Below, in pieces: positions 1 to 12,734 of a DNA stretch of 64,000 nucleotides. Within the stretch, counting starts at the first letter, position 1, and every line of letters begins with the position of its first letter. Where the stretch lies: assembly GCF_006345805.1 (NCBI RefSeq), contig NC_043020.1, positions 17,360,001 to 17,424,000 of the forward strand. Direction: 5' to 3'. Made by a program: the position numbers and the translations under genes. The notes below the pieces were generated by a model. It was not told where the DNA came from and searched no databases. It was given only the letters and a program-made list of their open reading frames with translations. The stretch comes from Octopus sinensis (lineage: Eukaryota).

Positions 1-515
<515 letters not shown>

Positions 516-973
516 CTGACAGAAAATAACTGAACAGGTAAACTTAACTGATCAGATTGATAAAATAAATTACCGAACATTGAAACGGATGTCTCCTAAG
601 TACGTAAGCAATGTCGAACAACGATAGTGAAAACAACTGACTCCTCGGAACAGAAAGGAGTGAAAGCTTTACCACAACGTCATGAAATCGGATTTTATTG
701 TCGTGAGTTATGCGCGTGACTAATAACCACATTACTTCTTACTTTTGTTCGTTGCGATTCGAGTGTTCTATGATGTTCTATGATGATTTCAAATTTCCGG
801 CACAACGCCAGCAATCTCGTGGGGTAGGGGCAAGTCGATTACATTGACCCCCAGTGATCAACTGGTACTTATTTTGTCGACCCCTACAGGATGAAGGGTA
901 AAGTCGACCTCGGTGGAATTTGAACTCAGAACATTAAAGGCAGAAAAGGACTGTAATTTACGAGCGATCGTTC

Positions 974-1561
974 TTATTTCTTTACTACCCACAAGGGTTT
1001 ATACACAGAGGGGACAAACGGATTAAGTCGATTACATCGACCCCAATGTGTAACTGGTACTTAATTTATCGACCCGAAAAGGATGAAAGGCAAAGTCGAC
1101 CTCGGCGGAATTTGAACTCAGAACGTAGCGGCAGACGAAATACTTATTTCTTTATTACCCACAAGGGGCTAAACACAGAGGGGACGAACAATGACAGACA
1201 AATGGATTAAGTCGATTACATCGACCGCAGTGCGTAACTGGTACTTAATTTATCGACCCCGAAAGGATGAAAGGTAAAGTCGACCTCGGCGGAATTTGAA
1301 CTCAGAACGCAGCGACAGGCAAAATACTTATTTCTTTACTACCCACACGGGGCTAAACACAGAGGGGACAAACAAGGACAGACATAGTATTTAAGTCGAT
1401 TATATCGACCCCAGTGCGTAACTGGTACTTAATTTGTCGACCCGAAAGGATAAAAGGCAAAGTCGACCTCGGCGGAATTTGAACTCAGAACGTAACGGCA
1501 GACGAAATACTGCTAAGCATTCCGCTCGGCGTGCTAACGCTTCTGCCACCTTGCCGCCGTC
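974..1561 (-). mobile_element. tRNA-derived SINE (family B) multimer: one head plus tandem headless units
   Basis: Repeated GAGTTCAAATTCC B-box, GTCGACTTTGCCTTTCATCCTTTCGGGGTCGATAAATTAAGTACCAG core and GTGGGTAGTAAAGAAATA tail. Flanked by direct repeat TTTACGAGCGATCGTTC (957-973, 1562-1578). Confidence 0.9.
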
Positions 1562-1910
1562 TTTACGAGCGATCGTTCGTTTTCACCGGTTGATTACTCT
1601 GAGTGCAGTCGGTACAGTTCCATATTTATAAAGCAATGATATGCTACTGCACCCATTCATATGCAAAGCAGTGCTACGTTATTGAGAGGGGCAAGAGGTT
1701 ACAAATATCAGGTGTAAGCCAATCTTTTACGCTTTTTTTTTCTTTGTTAAATTAATGTTTTCAGGCGCCGGCTTTGAGGTCAACAAGTTGGGGTTCAGGC
1801 TAACCGCGCGGCACCTTGGTCAAATGACTTCTTCTATAACCCTCAGCTGACCGATGCTTTGTGAGTGAAATTGGAAAGCAAAAACTGTGCGGAAGCCCAT
1901 TATGTATATA

Positions 1911-3159
1911 TACCCACTTCCCATAGCAGTAGAGCAACGAAACTTGGCACAGTTATTAGTCTTTTTCTACTTAGGAACCACCCAGAGTTACGCATTTCTC
2001 CCATCGTTTGATGCGGCTCTGGAGACCGTTTTTGTAGAAGAACCCAGCTTGGTCCTCCAACCTCAACGTGACTTCAGAAATCAAGGCTGCATCATCTGGG
2101 AAACGCTTTCCTTTCAAAAACAACTTCATGATTGGGAAGAGGTGAAAATCAGAGGGTGCAAGGTCAGGAAAGTAGGGGGGATGGAGAGGAGTTCATAGCC
2201 ATACGCCTGTGCTTCTGATCTGGCGACAAGCGAGTTGTGGACCGAAGCGTTGTCCTGCAGGAGGAGGATGCCTTTGCTGATCTTGCCCCGCCTCTTGATT
2301 TTGATGACTTCTCTTAATTTCCTCAAAAGTGAAGCATAATAGGCTCCTACAATTGTGGTACCCTTTGCCAGGAAATCTGTCATCACTACTCCGTCCTGGT
2401 CCCAGAAGACTGTGAGCATGACCTTGCCAGCGGAGGGCTGCACCCTTGCCTTCTTTGGAGGGGTGAGTCACGGTGCTTCCACTGCATTGACTGGGCTTTG
2501 GTCTCTGGATCATCGTGATGGACCCAGGTTTCATCCTGTGTAATCAGTCTTTTGAAAAATTTTGACTCATCTTCTTGGCACATCTCCAAATTCACCCTCG
2601 AGCACTCGACACGTTCTTGCTTCTGGAAAGGCGTGAGCAACCTGGGAATCCATCTGGCAGACACCTTTTGCATATGCAAATGGTCATGAATGATAGTTTC
2701 CACAGACCCGGTACTAATCTTGACCTCATGGGCTATTTGGCGATCTTCCAAAATGGCAGCCTCAACTTGACGGACAGATGCCTCATCAATGGCAGAAGGG
2801 GGCGACCAGATCTGGGAGCTGTTTCCACAGAGTTCCGACCATGTTTGAATTCACGATGCCAGCGTTTTACAAGGTCATATGATTGGACATCATCACCATA
2901 AGTTACTTTCATTTCATCAAAAGTCTCCCGTGGTGTGCGTCCTTTCAAATACAAAAACCGGATCACTGCTCGGCACTCAACAGGCTCCATTTCACACTTG
3001 ACTCGGTTCAAACACCTGTAAATCAGAAACCACAATTAATTCAGAGCTGTAATTTGCCACTTACTCTATAGAGATATAAATGATTGCACATGCAACATTT
3101 CAGCTAGATCAAACAACTGCAAGTGGGTCAGAGGCATTACTTATTGAACGTCCCTTGTA
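1911..3159 (-). pseudogene. Decayed mariner (DD34D) transposon with frameshifted transposase
   Basis: Overlapping ORFs 2733-3035, 2386-2751 and 2126-2443 give the HTH N-terminus, WIPRLL, ITQDETWVH, KVMLTVFWD and QDNA motifs. One TIR-like end plus TA at about 3135-3159; the other TIR is not seen. Confidence 0.93.
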
Positions 3160-3164
3160 TTTTT

Positions 3165-3610
3165 GTGACCCCCTTCGGTCATGAATTACCATGGGATTGC
3201 ACCTAGAAAGTTACCCCCCGAGGCACAAGTCCAGACAAGGTTGTTTGTGGAAGGCCAGCAGTCGCCCATGCATACCAGCCTCCCCTCTCCATGCCACTGA
3301 TGTTATCCAAGGGAAAGGCAAAGGCCGATACAGTTTGGCACCAGTGACATCGCAGCTCATTTATTTATGTGCAAGTGGCTGAGCACTCCACAGACATGTG
3401 TACCCTTAACGTAGTTCTTGGGGAGATTCAGCGTGACACAGAGTGTGACAAGGCTGACCCTTTGAAATACAGGTACAACAGAAACAGGAAGAAAGAGTGA
3501 GAGAAAGTTGTGGTGAAAGAGTACAGCAGGGTTCACCACCACCCCCTGCGGGAGCCTCGTGGAGCTTTAGGTGTTTTCGCTCAATAAACACTCACAACGC
3601 CCGGTCTACG
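3165..3610 (-). mobile_element. Two abutting SINE fragments (tail of the SINE at 42580; body of tRNA-SINE family C)
   Basis: Matches 42720-42910 and 34850-35030 in this window. Confidence 0.7.
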
Positions 3611-3622
3611 ATATATATATAT

Positions 3623-4003
3623 GCGTCCCCAAAGTCCATCCCCTCCTCGCCGTGGTGGGGACGCTGGCAACGGGTAGTGTCAGAGATATGCCGTAGGGAA
3701 CTTCGGTTCCTGGTAGGGCCACCCAAGGTGGATTGGTCTGACACCGAGTGGTATTAGGGCCACAACCCGACAGACGGGGCTCCGGTGAAAATCCTCGGAG
3801 TGTCTGCTTCGGCAACCGGCGGCTCCTCAGTCGTTCTGTCCCTGCGTCTGCGGACATTCTGCGGCAAATAGGATGTCTCTACATGCGGGATTGCTGGGGA
3901 CCGCTTGTGAAATCCACATATCCCCACGAAACTTTTTCCATGAGTAGAAGAAGCCGACTCAACCCGCCCAGGGTGAATGTCGCCACTAGTACAAGTAAGT
4001 AAG

Positions 4004-4006
<3 letters not shown>
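3623..4006 (+). ncRNA. Short GC-rich element beginning with a putative HDV-like ribozyme and ending in an (AAGT)n tail
   Basis: P1 GCGTCCCC (3623-3630) pairs with GGGGACGC (3657-3664). L3-like TCCTCGC (3644-3650), then GGCAAC after P1, and candidate CNRA J4/2 with P2 partners. Fold judged by eye. Confidence 0.55.
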
Positions 4007-4055
<49 letters not shown>

Positions 4056-4057
4056 AT

Positions 4058-4394
4058 ATATATAAACGGCAGTTTGTCTGTGCGTGTTTCTGTGTGTCTG
4101 TTTGCTTGTACCCTCACCCTGACCACGGCTTTCAACCGATTCTGATGAAACTTGACACACACATAGCCCAATGTCATAATTCAAAACTAACGCAGCGAAA
4201 ATTCGACATGGGGTCAAGAATCAGAAACACAAACCGCAAACTGTCTAGGGGACGCAACTCCACCTTTTTTACTCTCAAAAAAAATTTACCATCATTTTTT
4301 TCCATTTTTTCCTATTTTTTGGCTATAACTCTCTAAAAATGCTTTATAGTTATTTCCCTTACAAATCCGAGCAACGCCGGGCGATACTGCTAGT
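4058..4394 (+). mobile_element. Non-autonomous Helitron/Helentron-like element
   Basis: 3' end GCAACGCCGGGCGATACTGCTAGT (GC-rich subterminal segment plus CTAGT), with internal TCTGT repeats. A similar 3' end lies at about 31515-31542. Confidence 0.6.
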
Positions 4395-4402
4395 ATATAT
4401 AT

Positions 4403-4735
4403 ACAGGGTGTCCACAAAGTCTGGGGACATGGAGTAAATAAAATCATAACAAAAACAACTAAATATAAGAAATACTAATTTTCTTTTTTTACTTTTGTTT
4501 AAATTAAATTTAAAAAATACTTTACTTTTCTAAATTTATTTATGTTATTTTTTTCTACCCAGATCGAATGATGGCTCTGTCTAAAGAAGAAAGATTCGAG
4601 TTAGTACTCGTAAGTGGACGAGAGGGATGGTCTTATCGCAAAATTGCGGAAGAATTTAATCTTTGACACCCTTATAGGCAACCTATTTATTTTACTGCCG
4701 TCGGGAAATTGATCAAGAAGTTTTTCGGAAGAATC
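4403..4735 (+). mobile_element. 5' fragment of a Tc1/mariner element
   Basis: TA-CAGGGTGTCCACAAAG TIR-like start; MALSKEERFELVLVSGREGWSYRKIAEEFN HTH-like N-terminus interrupted by a stop. Confidence 0.6.
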
Positions 4736-4949
4736 AAGTGGGACTGAACCCCGGAACCATGTGGTAGGGAAGCAAACTTCTTACTGCCAGCGCCTATAAA
4801 TGGAAATTTTATTTATTTATTTTGGTTTGGCTGAGTGATATTAGTGAAATAAATAAGTTTTGTGTCTATGTATATGTCCATGTATGAAGCGCTTTATTCG
4901 CATGTGGCACGTGTGTTTATGTCTCTTCTACTTTTCAATTATTAGAAAT

Positions 4950-6290
4950 CATCCACTGAGGAGGGAGCCGGTTTCCAACAAAGATACAAGGCCCCATCTT
5001 TGGGGTGTAGTTAACACAGACAAATTCACATTTGGAACTTGAGAAAAGTCTTGCATATTTTTACTGTTCCACTCACAGATTGCACTTGTAATGTACGAAT
5101 CAGCCAGTCAATTTCTCTTTCTGAAAATCCCAGTTTATCCAGATTCTCCTTTAAGCATTTACTAACAAAACCTAGTGCTCCAATTATTATTAGTATAAAT
5201 ATGAATTCATAGTCTGGATATAGAAGCTGGAGATTTCGAAGCAGTTGTTCATAGATATCCTCTTTTTCTTTGATTTTCAAAGAGATATTTATATCTGCAG
5301 GGCAGCTAACCTTTATGATAGTGCATACCTTTGCCCCTCTGTCCCAAACAACAATATCACCCTGTTATGCTTACATTTGACAGAAGTTGGTGTTTATGAA
5401 TGTATTCCATAACAGAGGGATTTTCTAAGTTTATTTCAGGACAGTCTTTTTTGCAGATGGCATTGTAAATTGTTTTAGCTACAACATCGTTCCGTATAGG
5501 GAGGTAGTACCGTGACGACATTTTAGGACAGCTGCTAATCAAATGCGAAATGTCTTTCACAGAAACATGACATAGCCTACACATGCGGTTGCACCTTGGG
5601 ATTACAAGGGCGTCGCTGTCTCTCTTGTTCACCAGGTACTTTGTGGTAATCTGTTCCTAGATTGCAAACGCTTAGCCTTAAAAGTGTGATGTGATGTGGT
5701 GGTCTTATGTCCAAGAGAGACTGCGCTTCGTGTCAATTCTACTGTCTTCAAGCTTCCGGGTAACATATCCATGCATATTTTTTTTTGTATTTTGAGTGCT
5801 TTCCATCCAGGTCTTTTCTGAGGTAAAGGAGCCCAACTGCTTTGGGGCTGTATATGGGAGAGAGTGTTTCTTGAAGAGTTTACTGCCAGCTCGTACAATG
5901 TTCACTTCACTTTTCAGGACCGCATTAATATATTTATTTTTGCTACTGTTGTTTAGCAGGTGCTGCCTGAAAGATATCATACAGCACTTGAAGGCCATCT
6001 TCACTGATCTAAGGCCTCTACCACCTTCATTTCTTCTTTGGTAGAGCCTGTCAATATCACTGTCTCTGTAGAGGTTCCCAGCTGTTGCCAGGATTTTGCG
6101 GGTTTTGATATCTATGGGGTGGATTTCTTCTACAGACCAATCAAGTATCCTAAATGATGGGATCAGCCCTGGTACTGCAAATGCACTGCCATATTTTCCT
6201 AAGTCTGGTTTAATATTCTCAGGTCACTCTATCTTTATTCATAGTACCTTCATGTGATACATGTACTTGTAACATTCTTTATGGAATAGG
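4950..6290 (-). pseudogene. R4/Dong-like (RLE-endonuclease) non-LTR retrotransposon 3' fragment
   Basis: Degenerate RT C-terminus (DIDRLY..RNEGGRGL), CCHC knuckle (CRLCHVSVKDISHLISSC) and RLE tail (IIIGALG...VKICKTFL) in broken ORFs. Confidence 0.8.
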
Positions 6291-6422
6291 GGACATAGAG
6301 ACACCGTTGATGCACAGGGTTTGGGTTTGGGGTACTGACTTTCCTCGTTCTATAACCAAATATGAACATATGTATGTATGTATGTATGTAAGTATTATGT
6401 ATGTATTATATATGTGTGTATG

Positions 6423-6453
<31 letters not shown>

Positions 6454-6594
6454 TATGTATGTATGTATGTATGTATGTATTATGTATGTATGTATGTATT
6501 ATATATGTGTGTGTATGTGTGTATGTATGTATGTATGTATGTATGTATGTATGTATGCATTTATATATGTATGTATGTTTGAAACTATGTATGT

Positions 6595-6827
6595 ATTCTT
6601 TTATTCTTTTACTTGTTTCATTCCTCTGTCTGTGGCCATGCTGGAGCACCGCCTTTAGTCGAGCAAATCGACCCCAGGACTTATTCTTTGTAAGCGTAGT
6701 ACTTATTCTGTCAGTTCCTTTTGCCGAACCGCTAATTTACGGAACGTAATCATACCAGCATCAGTTGTCAAGCGATGTTGGGGGAGCAAACACAGACACA
6801 CAAACATATACACTCACATACATATAT

Positions 6828-6864
<37 letters not shown>

Positions 6865-7028
6865 TACGACGAGCTTCATTCAGTTTCCGTCTACCAAATC
6901 CACTCTCAAGGCTTTGGTTGGTCCGAAGCTATAGTAGAAGACATTTGCCCAACGTGCCATGCAGTGGGACTGAACCTGGAACCATGTAGTTGGTAAGCAA
7001 ACAACTTACCAACAGCCACTCCTACGTG
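6595..7028 (-). mobile_element. tRNA-derived SINE family A
   Basis: About 400-450 bp: tRNA-like head, CCTTGGGCAAGTGTCTT core, internal (TA/TG)n and tail GGCGGTGCTCCAGCATGGCCGCAGTCAAATGACTGAAACAAGTAAAAG. Other copies at about 10280-11045 (two, -), 11275-11630, 15193-15635, 27878-28300, 32098-32445, 39500-39910, 41420-41780, 45605-45850, 49120-49990 (split), 51535-51935, 52420-52840, 53458-53870, 55083-55505, 59758-60160, 62908-63320. Confidence 0.9.
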
Positions 7029-7084
7029 TGTAAGTGTAATGGTTTATATGTATGTGTACGTCTCAGGTATTCCCACTCCTAATC

Positions 7085-7240
7085 AATTTGTTTTCTGCGA
7101 AAAGTTCTGACGTCACAGACGCGGCTGCTGCTTGTTATTGCTACTTATGTCGCACGTTCAAAACGGAAGTGTTTGCGATGTGAATGGTGATATCCAATTG
7201 AAACTGTTTCTAACTCAGGGTTAAGCCAAAACCAACCCAG
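7085..7240. promoter_or_regulatory. Possible promoter-like unique segment
   Basis: CRE palindrome TGACGTCA (7108-7115) and ETS-type CGGAAGT (7164-7170) in locally CpG-retaining non-repeat DNA. Motif evidence only. Confidence 0.25.
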
Positions 7241-7342
7241 GTCAAGCTGACCTTTGGCCTATGGTATTTTAGCCAGGGCCATTTCTTCCTGTTGGTGGAA
7301 TGGGAACAATGGAAACGTATTCATGACTTCATTTTCTAATGT

Positions 7343-7830
7343 GCAAAGCGGCGAGCTGGCAGAATCGTTAGCACGCCGGGCGAAATACGTAGCCGTATTT
7401 TGTCCGCCGTTACGTTCTGAGTTCAAATTCCGCCGAGGTCGACTTTGCCTTTCATCCTTTCAGGGGTCGATAAATTAAGTACCAGTTACGCACTGGGTCG
7501 ATGTAATCGACTTAATCCGTTTGTCTGTCCTTGTTTGTCCTTTCTGTGTTTAGCCCCTTGTGGGTAGCAAAGAAATAGGTATTTCGTCTGCCGTTACGTT
7601 CTGAGTTCAAATTCCGCCGAGGTCGACTTTGCCTTTCATCTTTTCGGGGTCGATAAATTAAGTACCAGTTACGCACTGGGGTCGACATAACCGACTTAAT
7701 CCGTTTGTCTGTCCTTGTTTGTCCTCTCTGTGTTTAGCCCCTAGTGGGTAATAAACAAATAGGTATTTTGCCCGTCGCTACTTTCTGAGTTCAAATTCCG
7801 CCGAGGTCGACTTTGCCTTTCATCTTTTAC
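7343..7830 (+). mobile_element. SINE family B multimer
   Basis: Head GGCGAGCTGGCAGAATCGTTAGC followed by repeated B-box/core/tail units. Further family B arrays or copies at about 9453-10055 (-), 17143-17375 (+), 28463-28860 (-), 36832-37165 (+). Confidence 0.9.
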
Positions 7831-8109
7831 CTGTGAAGTAATGGGATCGATACAATCGACTAGTCCCCTCCCCCAAAATATCAGGCCTTGTGCCTATAAC
7901 AGAAAGAACTATCTAATACGTCTTCTATTTTTCTAAGACAGTTGTCTATGATTTGAGAGTGATTTGGCTGCTATTTCTAGCTGTTTGGTCGACCGCTAAA
8001 CGCATCTTCGTTAACTTGTGTTAGCATTGTGGGAAATACTTCCACCCGTCCCCCAACCCCCATTTTCTCCTAAATTTGTTTATTAAATTTATTTTTTTTT
8101 GCCCCAAAT

Positions 8110-8493
8110 CCCCGTTTTCGGATACGGAGGTTTCGGAAAATTGCCAAAAATCGGCAATTTTGACTTTTTCCCAACACTAACCTTAAAACCCTAACCCTAA
8201 CCCTAAAACCCTAACAGAAATGTTTTGAAATTTTTGTCCGAATCATAATGTCCGTATTTTTGGGCATATTCAGAAAAAAAAATTCTTCAATAAAAATTTT
8301 ACAAACATTTTTGGAAACTTTTTTCAGAATCATGATCTCCGTATTTTCCCGCATATTTTGTATTTTGAAAAAAAAAAATTCTGAAAAAAGTTAAAAATGA
8401 AAGAAACGGGGGTAAGGGGTGGTAATTTAGAAATGCCGATTTTTGCCAATATTTTTTGCAGATTCGTATTCTCCGTAGCGGAAAAGTGGGGTT
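8110..8493. mobile_element. MITE-like element with imperfect TIRs and internal CCCTAA repeats
   Basis: About 8110-8160 is inverted at about 8432-8493; (CCCTAA)-like run at 8188-8214. Confidence 0.5.
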
Positions 8494-8506
8494 TGAGTCG
8501 AAAAAA

Positions 8507-8585
8507 AAAATTTGGTGATCTTTCGTCTCTAGTAGACCTTTCCGTCGATTACCCAACATACTGTCTGTCTCCCACACCCCATCAA

Positions 8586-8622
<37 letters not shown>

Positions 8623-8805
8623 CATCAATGCTCCCATGCACGGTAACTTCAAAAGAACTTCCCTCGTCATACAATCGCTTTCTCTTAGTCTCTTTCGCTC
8701 TCATTACTTCAAAAGTTCCCGCAAGCCCATATGTAAAAAAAAAAAAAAATTTTTACGGAAATCGACGGAAAGGTCTACTAGAGACGAAAGATTGCCAAAA
8801 TTTTT
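8507..8805. mobile_element. Foldback/MITE-like element
   Basis: ATCTTTCGTCTCTAGTAGACCTTTCCGTCGATT (about 8518-8550) is inverted at about 8760-8792. Confidence 0.6.
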
Positions 8806-11800
8806 TAAAAGGGTGGTTTTTAGGAGAGGCGGGGGGGGGGCGGAAGTCTTGGCGCTTTGAGGCATTGTTTATTTGGTTTGGTTTTTCTTTGTTTTTCTTG
8901 TTATGGCTGCTGTCGGTTTTATCCGATGTCATCACGAATTCGAGGTCATTGACTGTTATATTCTCAGAAAACATACACACGCACATAAGCACACACTCCC
9001 ACAGATACATGTACGTCATAAACACACACGCACATAAAAGTGTGTGTGTGTGTGAGTGAGTGAGTGTGTATGTGCTCGCACGCACACACAAGCGAACTCG
9101 GTTTGTTGCGATGCTAGAAACAAATGTCATTAGCCTGTGGAGTGTACTCATGTGTATACGTGTATCTGTGTGTCTGTGTATACACACACACACACGCGCG
9201 CGCGCACACACACACACACATACACACACACATGTTGTTTTAAGGTAGTCAACATTTGTAAATAATATTTTTTTTCCTCTAAGTCAAGAATGCGGTAAAA
9301 ACCTATTGTACACCCGCTACACACGCGACATGAATACTAACACACGTACTCTAACGCAAACACACATACACACACACACATACACCTATATAATTACAGG
9401 CACATCAAGACACAGACACACACACACAAACAAGCATATTCATTCATATTCAGATATATTTCTTTACTGCCCACAAGGGGCTAAACACAGAGGGGACAAA
9501 TAAGGACAGACAGACAGATTAAGTCGATTACATCGACCCCAGTGCGTAACTGGTACTTAATTTATCGAGCCCGAAAGGATGAAAGGCAAAGTCGACCTCG
9601 GCGGAATTTGAACTCAGAACGAAAACACAAACAAAATATTTATTTTTTTACTACCCACAAGGGGCTAAATATAGAGGGGACGAACGAGTACAGACAAACG
9701 GATTAAGTCGATTATATCGACCCCAGTGCGTAACTGGTCCTTTATGTATCGACCCCGAAAGGATGAAAGGCAAAGTCGACCTCGGCGGAATTTGAACTCA
9801 GAACGTAACGGCAGACGAAATACCTATTTCTTTACTACCCACAAGGGGCTAAACACAGAGGGGACAAACAAGGACAGACAGACAGATTAAGTCGATTACA
9901 TCGACCCCAGTGCGTAACTGGTCCTTAATTTACCGACCCCGAAATGATGAAAGGCAAAGTCAACCTCGGCGGAATTTGAACTCCGAACGTAACGGCAGAC
10001 GAAATACGGCCACGCATTTCGCCCGGCTTGCTAACGCTTCTGCCAGATCGCCGCCTTCTATTCATATTCAGATAGATACACACATACACATGTACGCTAA
10101 TAAGCACATACAAACCGAAACCTGAACTACCATTCAAAGCTATTGAATCTGCCCCATTATATGACTTCTTTTCAAAATCATCGATTCGAATTTTTCATGA
10201 TTAGACACAAACTGTTTATTTTTTGTCGACGAAACTTCGTTCTGCTGTCTTCTTTTCACAAAGTTCCGCTGTTTTTATACTCTTTTACTCTTCTACTTGT
10301 TTCAGTCATTTGACTGTGGCCATGCTGGAGCATCGCCTTTCGTCGAGCAAATCGTCCCCAGGACTTATTCTTTGTAAGCCTAGTACTTATTCTATCGGTC
10401 TCTTTTGCCGAACTGCTAAGTTACAGGGACGTAAACACACCAGCATCGGTTGTCATTCGACAGACACACAAACATATATACACACATACATACACATATA
10501 TATGTATACATATATACGACGGGCTTCTTTCAGTTTCCGTCTACCAAATCCACTCACAAAGCTTTGGTCGGCCTGAGGTTATAGTAGAAGACTATAGTGG
10601 GACTGAACCCGGAACCATGTGGTCGGTAAGCAAGCTACTTACCACACAGCCACTCCTACGCCTATATACTCTTTTACTTGTTTCAGTCATTTGACTGCGG
10701 CCATGCTGGAGCACCGCCTTTAGTCGAGCAAATCGACCCAGGACTTATTCTTTGTAAGCGTAGTACTTATTCTATCGGTCACTTTTGCCGAACCGCTAAG
10801 TTACGGGGACGTAAGCGATGTTGGGGGGACAAACACAGACACACAAACACATACACACATATATATACATATACATATATACGACGGGCTTCTTTCAGTT
10901 TCCGTCTACCAAATCCACTCACAAGGCTTTGGTCAGCCCGAGGCTATAGTAGAAGACGCTTGCCCAAGATGCCACGCAGTGGGACTGAACCCGGAACCAT
11001 GTGGTTGGTAAGCGAGCTACTTACCACAGCCACTCCTACGCCTATAGCTTGTAGCTATATTCTAAATAGGTATGTTATTTCTGGCTTTGTGGAACCTATC
11101 TTCTCAAGACTGGTAGAGCATCACCTATATTGCAGAATCTTTGTATTCCTGAAAAATCCTGCCTTAACGTATGACTGCTTAGTATAAAAATTATTTTTAG
11201 TTACTTCAAAGTTATAAATTAAAGTACGTTCCATGGAATTAACAAAAAAAAAATCATGCAGCCTGCTTCCCAACTACATAGTTCCGGGTTCAGTCCCACT
11301 GCATAATACCTTCGTCAAGTGTTTTCTTCTATAAACTCGGACCGACCAAAGCCTTGTGAGTGGATTTGGTAGACGGAAACTGAAAGAAGCCCATCATGTG
11401 TGTGCCTGCGTGCGTATCGTTGTGTCTGTCTCCCCCACGTACTGCTTGGCAGCTGGTGTTGGTGTGTTTACATCTTCGTAACTTAGCGGTTCAGCAAAAG
11501 AGACCGATAGAATGAGTACTAGGCTTAAAAAATAAGTCCTGGAGTTGATTTATACGACTAAAAACCCTCCAAGTCGGTACCCCAGCATGGCCGCAGTCAA
11601 ATAACTGAAGCAAGTAAAAGATAACGATAAAAGATATGAGCTGCATTAAAGAATAAATAAGAATGCAACAATATCATAATGTGATACGTTCTCAGCACAA
11701 ATGTCGCTATATGATAACCACTGGAGCAAATGGGACTCACTAAGAGGAAGAGCGGCACTATCTTCTGCTTTGTAGATAATCAACATCAGCTCCTGATGTA

Positions 11801-11829
11801 GGAGTGAAGAACATAGTTGTTTGATATAT

Positions 11830-12178
11830 ACGGCATTAGCATGTCCTTGAGAGAGAATTGCCAGAGGTGCAAGCTGGTTTCAGAAAGGGAAGAGGCAGAC
11901 CAAGCCGAAAATGTCGCTAGAAGCTAGGATCACCAAGCATAGATTGGCATATTTCAGTCATATTATGCGGAGAAAATCCCCGGAGAAGGACATCATGCTC
12001 GGAATGGTCAGTGGCAAGAGAGGAAGAGGCCAACCAAGAACCCGCTGGCTTGACACCATCAAGATTGATATCGGAATGGACATAGCCAGTCTGAAAGAAG
12101 CGGCCCAGGATAGAACTGAATGGAGGACACTGATCCAACGAGTAACCGAGAGTCGACTTCGACTGAGCGGATAAATAG
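11830..12178 (+). pseudogene. RTE/BovB-like LINE 3' fragment, internally deleted
   Basis: ELPEVQAGFRKGRG joined to RLAYFSHIMRR...GKRGRGQPRTRWLDTIK...AAQDRTEWR. Confidence 0.8.
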
Positions 12179-12734
12179 ATAGCATGTCTTTGTACGGATC
12201 TGTGTAGGTACTGAGCTTTTTGAACTCCACTTGTAATTGTTTTTTGTTCACAATTAGAATCGTTATCAGCCAAGACTTCCTCAGTATGTGTCAATGCTTT
12301 AGCCATATTCTTTCAGTCAACTGAAGTGGAGTGTGTGGAGCTTCTACATCCTCTTCTTGTTCTGCAGCTCGTTTTTATTCAAACGTCACCAGCTCTTGAT
12401 TAAATTCTATGAATATAGTACTTGAACAATTCAACCGCGCTATCTTTTGCAACTTCTTCAAACCCTACATCATTTGCTATTGTCACAATATCTTGCTGAA
12501 CTTGATGCAGATTTTCTACTGGTGGAAAACGTGTAAAATCATGGCTACAGTCTGACCGTGTTTTGCCAAACACTATTCATAGTTAAAGTTTTCATTTTAC
12601 GACTTGGTTGTGTTATTCACTGCATCCGTAAGGTTGAACTTTTCTCGTAAGTCCCTTATTGTATGTGGAATTAGCCTTTGTTTTTACGAGTTATTTTAAA
12701 GTTCTCGGGTAATAAGACTTGAAGTTAACCACAA

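Noticed and set aside
538-732. Exon or gene next to the GATA repeat
   Set aside because: Short open frames with no polypyrimidine acceptor and no recognisable homology.
8188-8214. Interstitial telomere or chromosome-fusion site
   Set aside because: Only 3-4 imperfect hexamers, embedded in an interspersed element.
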